NCBI GenBank assembly: GCA_042218075.1
Contig: JBDGRK010000019.1
Location: 5,689 to 20,840, forward strand
Length of the DNA: 15,152 nucleotides
Direction: 5' to 3'
Origin: Candidatus Nanohaloarchaea archaeon
Lineage (GTDB): Archaea; Nanohalarchaeota; Nanosalinia; Nanosalinales; Nanosalinaceae
In this document: one piece after another, positions 1-6,101 of the stretch
Numbering within the stretch: the stretch's first letter is position 1
How the letters are laid out: every line of letters begins with the position of its first letter
Made by a program: the position numbers and the translations under genes
Notes under the pieces: model-generated
Seen by the model: only the letters and a program-made list of their open reading frames with translations
Database searches by the model: none
Told to the model about the DNA's origin: nothing

Positions 1-1532
1 CCCTGCTCTCTGGACAGGAAAACCTTATAGGCGGTGGAGAAAAACTCTCCCGTTTCAAGCTCTGATTTATCCTTGACTTCGAATATTATCGAATCCAGCT
101 GATCGGTGTCTTCCACTTCTTTCTCTTCCAGTGTGATTCTCAGCATCTCCAATGCCTCTAGCTGGTCAGGTCCCAGGTCTTCCAAGACTTCTGCAGGGAC
201 GCTGGAATTGATTTTGTACACATACTCCTCTGGCGCGTATTCATGGGCCCAGTTCCTGGCTCTTTCCAGTCTTTGAAGCACTCTGTCTTTATTCTCCTGT
301 TCGAGATTCTCGGCAACATGACCTGTCCTTTCCAGTGACTCGATTGCCTTTTCCTCCCACTCCGATTCCGGTATGGTCTGCGAGATGAAAGAGGCATGAC
401 GGAAAGGAACTCTTACAGGCTCTTGCTCTGGAACTTCCACGACCGAGAGCTCATAGATCCTCTTCCACTGTTCCCTCTGCTTCTCGTCCGTCGCCTCTTC
501 AGGGTTGAAGTATGCTCTCTCTACCTCGTCGAAGTTTTCATAAACCTGGAAAATCTCCTCTGATTCGAAAGGTATCTCGAAAGACTTGGTAGGCCTTGTA
601 CCTGCAAATAGGTACCTTATAATCGCGGGAGAGTAGATCTGCTTCATCTCAGATATTGTGAAAGCGTTCTCACCACTGCTCGAGGATATCTTCGCACCAT
701 CCTTGGTTACAAATTCGTACATCTGATGTACGGGATACTCTTCACCGTAAACTTCTTCCACGATTTCGTTGGCTGTATCTCGGGAACCGCCTGCCGCGGA
801 GTGTTCCTTACCGGCGGGCTCAAAGTTCACCGCTTCAAAGGACCACCTCATCGGCCAGTCAACCCTCCAGGGAGGTTTAATAGTATCTTCCTCTTTGAAG
901 TTGATCTCGAAATCTTCATTGCACTCCTTGCAGTGATACTCTACAGTGTAATCTCCATCGTAATCATCTATCTCCGTGAAGTCTTTACCGCACTCTTTGC
1001 AGTAGACTCTTAGAGGATAGTAGGGATCCTGGAGTGGCTCGGAACGGTACTTATCCAGTATCTTCTTGATACCATCCCTGGTGTTCATGGCCTTCCTTAC
1101 AGGCTCCGCGTACTCCGAATCTTCAAACATCTCCGTCTGCCTGATGAACTCTATATCCATGTGTAGGCCCTCCAGCTCCTCTTCCAGCTGAGATTCGAAA
1201 TGCTCAGCGTATGAGTCGTGGCATCCATCGGGATCAGGAACCTTCGATAGCGGAAGCCCGATGTACTTCTCCCATTCATCAGGCACGTTTGAAGGAACTT
1301 TCCTGAACCTGTCGTAGTCATCCCAGGAGTAGATAAACCGGACCCTGTTTCCCCTTTCCTTCAGAGACTTGACCACAAAGTCTGTCGTAATTATCTCCCT
1401 GAAATTTCCGACATGTACGATACCGGAGGGAGAGATTCCCGATGCACAGACGTACTCATTTTCTCCCGGAAACTTTTTCTCCGTGGCAAACGCAAGGCGG
1501 TCGCTCCAGAAAAGTAGCTGGTTTTCTTCCAT
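1..1532 (-). CDS. lysS: Lysyl-tRNA synthetase, class I (3' end truncated by window edge)
   Basis: Manual translation from ATG at 1532 gives MEENQLLFWSDRLA...CASGISPSGIVHVGNFRE (HIGH-like motif)...YSWDDYDRFRKVP...YIGLPLSKVPDPDGCHDSYAEHF, and further on YEFVTKDGAKISSSSG (KMSKS-like motif). Absent from the ORF track, presumably because the stop lies outside the window. Confidence 0.96.
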   Translation of the reverse strand, partial: MEENQLLFWSDRLAFATEKKFPGENEYVCASGISPSGIVHVGNFREIITTDFVVKSLKERGNRVRFIYSWDDYDRFRKVPSNVPDEWEKYIGLPLSKVPDPDGCHDSYAEHFESQLEEELEGLHMDIEFIRQTEMFEDSEYAEPVRKAMNTRDGIKKILDKYRSEPLQDPYYPLRVYCKECGKDFTEIDDYDGDYTVEYHCKECNEDFEINFKEEDTIKPPWRVDWPMRWSFEAVNFEPAGKEHSAAGGSRDTANEIVEEVYGEEYPVHQMYEFVTKDGAKISSSSGENAFTISEMKQIYSPAIIRYLFAGTRPTKSFEIPFESEEIFQVYENFDEVERAYFNPEEATDEKQREQWKRIYELSVVEVPEQEPVRVPFRHASFISQTIPESEWEEKAIESLERTGHVAENLEQENKDRVLQRLERARNWAHEYAPEEYVYKINSSVPAEVLEDLGPDQLEALEMLRITLEEKEVEDTDQLDSIIFEVKDKSELETGEFFSTAYKVFLSREQ

Positions 1533-1603
1533 GTTAACTCTTGATCCAGTTTAATTTATTAGGATTGACTCTCTGGCCCATTTTTTAAAGCTGCTCTCCG
1601 GCT

Positions 1604-2812
1604 ATGGATGATATGGTTGCAGTAAATCCAAGACTGATCTTTCTACTCGCGTTCTTCGCCGCGATAGCTCTCTACGTGTGGAGAGATAAGAAGCTGGAGA
1701 GGCACTCTATACTTTTCATCAGGAGGACGAAGAGAGGCATACTGACTATAGACAGGATAGCCAGGAAAGCTCCGAAGTTCTGGAGGTTTTATGGCTGGGC
1801 TGGCGTGGCCACGGGAGCTTTAAGTATAGTGGCCGCAGTTCTGGCAGTAGGGTTTACATTCTTCAAGATGGTTGCCGAGAAATCGGCGGAGTCGGGACCC
1901 TCGCTGATACTTCCCGGAACCGCCTCGGAGACTCAGCTGCAGGCAGGTGTGACTTTTGTTCCGGCAGATTACTGGGTTCTATCGATAATCGTGCTGATGA
2001 CTGTCCACGAGTTGAGCCATGGAATAGTGGCCCGCACTGAGGACATCGAGATTAAATCGGTGGGATGGGCGATCGTCGGCATTCTTCCCCTGGGAGCCTT
2101 CGTGGAGCCGGAGGGCCAGGCACAGCTTCCGGGTGATGAAGGAAGTGAAGATAAAAATGATTCAAAGGCAACCTGGGACGTCGGGGACTGGAAGTCGAGG
2201 CTTAAGGTTCTCTGCGCAGGCAGCTTCGCGAATTACCTGGCTGCTGCGCTATTCTTCGTGCTTGCCACAGGTTTCTCTGCAGGAGTTACTCATGCAGAGA
2301 CGACCGGGTATATGGGAATCAGCCTCGGGCAGAACGGTTCAGAGATAATTTACAGGGCACAGGAAGGTTTCCCAGCCTATGAATCCGGGATGAGGAATGG
2401 TACTCTTAACTCCATCAACGGCACCGAAATCGATTCGGCGAAAGGACTGCTGAAATTCATGGAAAACCGTGAGCCGGGAGAAACTGTCCGTCTCGATACC
2501 TCCGAGGGTACTTTCAGCTTCAGGCTCGTGGAAAAAAAGGTCCAGAGGCTCAGGGAACCTTTAGTTTCCTATTCAGGTTTTATCAACTGGTTTTCATCTC
2601 TCCTCATGACAGTTTCCTTCCTGAATGTGATTGTAGGTCTATTCAACATGCTGCCGATCAAGCCCCTGGACGGCGGCCTGGTAATGGAGACTTTGACGAC
2701 CGAGTTCATGGGTGAGGACAGGATTGAAGAGGTCAACAGGTTCTCTATTGCTGTCTGGGCGCTCCTGCTGGCGGCACTGCTGATGGGTATTGTATCTAGT
2801 TTTGTACTCTGA
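1604..2812 (+). CDS. Site-2 protease, peptidase M50 family, with PDZ-like insert
   Basis: HELSH zinc motif, GAFVEP, AGSFAN and FNMLPIKPLDGG motifs; multiple TM segments; PDZ-like segment (PAYESGMRNGTLNSINGTEI). The start could be ATG 1613. Confidence 0.93.
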   Translation: MDDMVAVNPRLIFLLAFFAAIALYVWRDKKLERHSILFIRRTKRGILTIDRIARKAPKFWRFYGWAGVATGALSIVAAVLAVGFTFFKMVAEKSAESGPSLILPGTASETQLQAGVTFVPADYWVLSIIVLMTVHELSHGIVARTEDIEIKSVGWAIVGILPLGAFVEPEGQAQLPGDEGSEDKNDSKATWDVGDWKSRLKVLCAGSFANYLAAALFFVLATGFSAGVTHAETTGYMGISLGQNGSEIIYRAQEGFPAYESGMRNGTLNSINGTEIDSAKGLLKFMENREPGETVRLDTSEGTFSFRLVEKKVQRLREPLVSYSGFINWFSSLLMTVSFLNVIVGLFNMLPIKPLDGGLVMETLTTEFMGEDRIEEVNRFSIAVWALLLAALLMGIVSSFVL

Positions 2813-2846
2813 ACAGTTTTTTGACCTTCACCCAGAATAAAAAGTT

Positions 2847-3152
2847 ATGGCGCATACGATCAGGGTAGTTGACAGGGATGAAGAGGTGGAAGCAGAGGAC
2901 GGACAGGATGTCCTGAATGCACTGCTGGAAGGGGGGGTGGAATGGATGCACGCATGTGGCGGCTTCTGTAACTGCACAACCTGCCGCATAAAGGTGGAAG
3001 AAGGATCTGAAAATCTCTCACCCATGGAGGAGGATGAGAAGAACACTCTGAGAAGGTTCCAGGGAGAGGAAGTTCTGGAGGGTCCCTTCCGCCTCTCATG
3101 TCAGGCAAAAGTCTACGGCGACATCGAAATTTCCGAACCCGAGTGGTTTTAG
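2847..3152 (+). CDS. fdx: 2Fe-2S ferredoxin, adrenodoxin/Isc-Fdx type
   Basis: HACGGFCNCTTCR...RLSCQ gives the C-x5-C-x2-C...C pattern; 101 aa, acidic. Confidence 0.9.
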   Translation: MAHTIRVVDRDEEVEAEDGQDVLNALLEGGVEWMHACGGFCNCTTCRIKVEEGSENLSPMEEDEKNTLRRFQGEEVLEGPFRLSCQAKVYGDIEISEPEWF

Positions 3153-3153
3153 A

Positions 3154-3552
3154 ATGGAGTTCTACCAGCATTTTGCAGCTTCAATCCTGGTCGGAGTGAC
3201 AGCTTTCGTCCTGAATTCTTCAGATCCTATTCCGGCCTTTGCCATGGCTATTCTTGGTGGTAGCCTGATCGATCTGGATCATTTTCCACTGAAGTACCTG
3301 GAGACTGGAAACTGGGAACACCTGGAAAAAGCAGTTCAAAATCCTGTAAAAACAGTGACTGAGAACGAGGTTTTGCTGGGAAAGCACTGGCTGGAACCCA
3401 GAAAGGTGATGATTAGCCATTCGATTATCGTTGTATCGTTCACTTCCTCAGCTCTACTCCTTGGAAGTGAGCTAATGGCTATAGCAGCGGCTTCCTCGAT
3501 ACTGCATCTTCTGATGGATGTTTTCCATGACTGGAGGCTTGGAAATTTGTGA
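3154..3552 (+). CDS. Membrane-bound putative metal-dependent hydrolase (YdjM-like)
   Basis: N-terminal H (QHFAAS), IDLDH, SHS and HLLMD motifs with hydrophobic helices; starts 1 nt after the fdx stop. Confidence 0.7.
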   Translation: MEFYQHFAASILVGVTAFVLNSSDPIPAFAMAILGGSLIDLDHFPLKYLETGNWEHLEKAVQNPVKTVTENEVLLGKHWLEPRKVMISHSIIVVSFTSSALLLGSELMAIAAASSILHLLMDVFHDWRLGNL

Positions 3553-3653
3553 AGCAGCGGTGCTGGAGGTGCGGCTCCAATATGGTTGAGTTCGTTGCAT
3601 GCGAGCTGAAGTGTGAGAACTGTGGATTTATACGCGACTGTTCCGATCCCTAG
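3549..3653 (+). CDS. 34-aa Cys-rich zinc-finger micro-protein (CPxCG-related type), not in ORF track
   Basis: GTG start overlaps the upstream TGA (GTGA). Translation MKQRCWRCGSNMVEFVACELKCENCGFIRDCSDP has two CxxCG knuckles and a DCSDP tail. Confidence 0.8.
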   Translation: MKQRCWRCGSNMVEFVACELKCENCGFIRDCSDP

Positions 3654-3748
3654 GGACTGAACTTCCTGGCAGAGCAATCGTTGCAGAGCGCGAAAAAACT
3701 CCAGTTTTCGCATCCTTCTCTCACACACTTCTTCATCTTTTCAAGCAT
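3650..3748 (-). CDS. 32-aa four-cysteine micro-protein, not in ORF track
   Basis: ATG 3748 overlaps the rfk 3' end (alternative ATG at 3736). Translation MLEKMKKCVREGCENWSFFALCNDCSARKFSP has C-x4-C-x8-C-x2-C and exactly fills the intergenic gap. Confidence 0.6.
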   Translation of the reverse strand: MLEKMKKCVREGCENWSFFALCNDCSARKFSP

Positions 3749-4118
3749 TCTTTATCTCCACGGTGTCTCCATCTGAAAGCCCCAGCTCATCCCTGAGTTT
3801 CTGCTCCGCGACTACTTCGATGATCGAGTCACTGTACCTTGATTTCTCTGCCTCGAGTATTCCGGCTTGAGTTTGCTGTACGCCGACCGGAAAAACTTCT
3901 ATCCCTCCGAGCTTTCTTCCCTTGTATTCTTTCGATTCCATCTTCCAGTCTGAACTATTTCTCCTGAACTCTCTGAACTCTTCCGGTTTGACCTCCAGGT
4001 TTAGTGTCCCTGGAAAAGGTCTGAACCCCAGTTTCCTTTCAATGAAGCGGGCGTAGGGCTCAAGACTGAGAAACTCTGACGCGCTTCCTTCACCCGATAC
4101 CACCTCCCCCGAGAACAT
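3741..4118 (-). CDS. rfk: CTP-dependent riboflavin kinase (stand-alone, no N-terminal HTH)
   Basis: MFSGEVVSGEGSASEFL...LGFRPFPGTLN...IIEVVAEQKLRDELGLSDGDTV. ATG 4118 is preferred over 4181 because the domain begins there and a TATA-like CTTAAA (4141-4146) lies about 25 nt upstream. Confidence 0.9.
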   Translation of the reverse strand: MFSGEVVSGEGSASEFLSLEPYARFIERKLGFRPFPGTLNLEVKPEEFREFRRNSSDWKMESKEYKGRKLGGIEVFPVGVQQTQAGILEAEKSRYSDSIIEVVAEQKLRDELGLSDGDTVEIKNA

Positions 4119-4217
4119 GTAGGAAAAATCTGGCACAGTCTTTAAGACAGGATGGTTGTCACTAACAGATAAACAAAACATTTATAAAGTTTGCGGGTGA
4201 AGATAAGGTGTCAGCCA

Positions 4218-4409
4218 ATGAAATGCAAAGTATGTGGAAGAACCAAGCAGGAACTTGAGGAAGAATTCGGCAACGAGATCGAGATCATGGAACATCAGGA
4301 AATCGACAAGTGCTCCAAATGTGTTAGAGAGTACCAGGCCGAGACCCAGGGAGACAGGGAAGTAGAGGAAATGGAGGACAAGAACTGGAAAGAACAGATC
4401 CTGGCCTGA
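4218..4409 (+). CDS. 63-aa acidic CxxC...CxxC zinc-ribbon-like protein
   Basis: MKCKVCG...KCSKC; SD AGGTG at 4206-4210, TTTATAAA at 4181-4188 and a pyrimidine-rich tract after the stop. ATG 4218 is preferred over the TTG at 4191. Confidence 0.8.
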   Translation: MKCKVCGRTKQELEEEFGNEIEIMEHQEIDKCSKCVREYQAETQGDREVEEMEDKNWKEQILA

Positions 4410-4441
4410 ATATTCTTCCTCTTTCTACAAATTCTTTCTCT

Positions 4442-4475
4442 TTTCACCACGGTGAAAGTATAAAAACTTTATACT
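4442..4475. promoter_or_regulatory. Two abutting palindromes over the promoter of the 4490 gene
   Basis: TTTCACC-ac-GGTGAAA (4442-4457) and AGTATAAA-aac-TTTATACT (4457-4475), both with perfect arms. Confidence 0.5.
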
Positions 4476-4489
4476 GTTGATTTATCCAT

Positions 4490-5161
4490 ATGACAGAAGA
4501 TTACGATGAGCTTCTGGAGCAAAACGTGGACGAAGTGAAGAAATCTGTCAGGGACATGGATGACCCGGACTACCAAGAACTTCTCCGGATGGAGAAAGGA
4601 AACAAGGACAGGAAGACCGTAAAGGACTTCCTCCAGGATCGTATCGATTCTGAAGAAGTGGAGGTCCAGGAGAAAGACATGGACGAGATTGTTGAAGAGA
4701 TAGAGGAAGAAACAGGAGGAGGACTGCTTGGCAGTTTCCAGCCGACCCAGATTCTTGTCGGCGGTGTTCTGATGGGTCTGATTATAGGCCTTTTGGGCGG
4801 TATAGCCATGGACACTGGATCGTCAGTTGACGGGAACAAGCAGGCTGCAAGAGACTCTCTTAATCAGCTCTTTAATGCATCAGGCACCCAAGCCGAGATT
4901 GTTTCCGTTGAACCAGTGAGCGGCGTCTACCGTGTCAGAGCCAACCTGACGTTCAGCAACCCCCTGACCAACCAGACACAGGAAGTTCCACGTACGATCT
5001 ACGTTTCAAAGGACGGGAAATACATATTCAGGGGAAGCACTGTCCAGGAACAGCTACAGGCACTCCAGCAGGCACAGCAGAGACAGCAGAGGAGAAGGAC
5101 TCAGACAGAGACTGAGAGGAATGCTTCAGCGACAGGTAACGTAACGAATTCCACTCAATAA
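4490..5161 (+). CDS. Single-pass membrane protein: acidic N-terminal helical domain, TM helix, DsbC-N-terminal-like outer domain, Gln/Thr-rich tail
   Basis: TM segment ILVGGVLMGLIIGLLGGIAM; IVSVEPVSGVYRV...IYVSKDGKYIF resembles the DsbC/DsbG N-terminal domain; no Cys in the protein. Confidence 0.65.
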   Translation: MTEDYDELLEQNVDEVKKSVRDMDDPDYQELLRMEKGNKDRKTVKDFLQDRIDSEEVEVQEKDMDEIVEEIEEETGGGLLGSFQPTQILVGGVLMGLIIGLLGGIAMDTGSSVDGNKQAARDSLNQLFNASGTQAEIVSVEPVSGVYRVRANLTFSNPLTNQTQEVPRTIYVSKDGKYIFRGSTVQEQLQALQQAQQRQQRRRTQTETERNASATGNVTNSTQ

Positions 5162-5238
5162 ACATTTTCCAATTCCCTTTCTTTTATTCCGAAACCAAGT
5201 TAACTATGGACTTCTCAAAATTCTATAGGTGAAATAAA

Positions 5239-5841
5239 ATGGAACGACAATCGCTCGTAAAACTTCCATACGACTACGACGCTCTAAAACCTCACATCTC
5301 CGAACAGGTTCTCAGGTGGCACCACGACACCCACCACCAGGGCTACGTGAACGGAGTCAACCAGGCGGAGGAAGACCTAGAAGACCAGAGAGACTCCGGA
5401 GACTTCTCCTCCACTGGATCAATACTCTCCAGCTTCACCCACAACTACTGTGGAAACGTTCTGCACGAGGTCTTCTGGCACAACATGAGTCCTCGCGGCG
5501 GAGGAAAACCTGAAGGCGATCTGCTTGAAGCTATAGAAGAAGAGTTCGGAAGCTACGAGAACTGGAAGAAGGAGTTCAAACAGGCGGCAAAGTCAGCCTC
5601 AGGCTGGGCTCTTCTCGTCTACATCCCGAGAGAGGATACGCTTCATAACGTGACTGTAGACAACCATGATGAAGGAGCGGTCTGGGGAGCCCATCCCATT
5701 CTCGCGTTGGATGTCTGGGAGCACAGCTACTACCATGACTACGGACCGGACAGAGGAGAATTCATCGACAACTTCTTCCAGGTCCTTGACTGGAGCGAGG
5801 TAGAGGATCGATACAGCGAGATCAGCTCAACCTTCAGCTGA
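5239..5841 (+). CDS. sod: Fe/Mn superoxide dismutase
   Basis: LPYDYDALKPHIS, WHHDTHHQGYVNG, LHEVFW, SGWALL and DVWEHSYY motifs; SD AGGTGA at 5228-5233. Confidence 0.97.
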   Translation: MERQSLVKLPYDYDALKPHISEQVLRWHHDTHHQGYVNGVNQAEEDLEDQRDSGDFSSTGSILSSFTHNYCGNVLHEVFWHNMSPRGGGKPEGDLLEAIEEEFGSYENWKKEFKQAAKSASGWALLVYIPREDTLHNVTVDNHDEGAVWGAHPILALDVWEHSYYHDYGPDRGEFIDNFFQVLDWSEVEDRYSEISSTFS

Positions 5842-5926
5842 TCTCCTCAATTTTTTCCTTAACTTCTTCACCGAAAACTTTTTCAGTCCACTTCCTCAAA
5901 TAACCAATCCGGGAGGGGAGAAAAGC

Positions 5927-6016
5927 ATGGAACTAGACCTTGAGATAATCACGACCGTACCGGTCGAGATCGAAGAAGAGGAAAAGCCGAAGCACCTGGT
6001 AGAACAGACGGCTTGA
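5927..6016 (+). CDS. 29-aa acidic micro-protein, not in ORF track
   Basis: MELDLEIITTVPVEIEEEEKPKHLVEQTA; GGGAGGGG SD-like at 5911-5918, BRE/TATA-like CCGAAAACTTTTT at 5871-5883 and a T-rich tract at about 6024-6035. Confidence 0.6.
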   Translation: MELDLEIITTVPVEIEEEEKPKHLVEQTA

Positions 6017-6101
6017 TCCTAATCTTTCTTTTCTATTGAAATTTCAAAGTTTTGGTTAGCTAAGAGTAGTAAATATAAATTCTAGGCTGTGATAAAGTAA
6101 T

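Noticed and set aside
158-1554. ORF-track entries 158-397, 726-1013 and 1369-1554
   Set aside because: They are off-frame or antisense shadows of lysS, which occupies 1-1532 on the minus strand.
3336-3728. 130-aa minus-strand ORF, or an ncRNA in the 3553-3740 gap
   Set aside because: The ORF is non-acidic and antisense to the hydrolase. The gap is better explained by two coupled Cys-rich micro-ORFs, and no RNase P or SRP-like structure was recognised.
4119-4217. Longer starts for rfk (4181) and the zinc-ribbon gene (4191)
   Set aside because: The extensions cover the TATA and SD signals of the divergent promoter region and add non-domain sequence.
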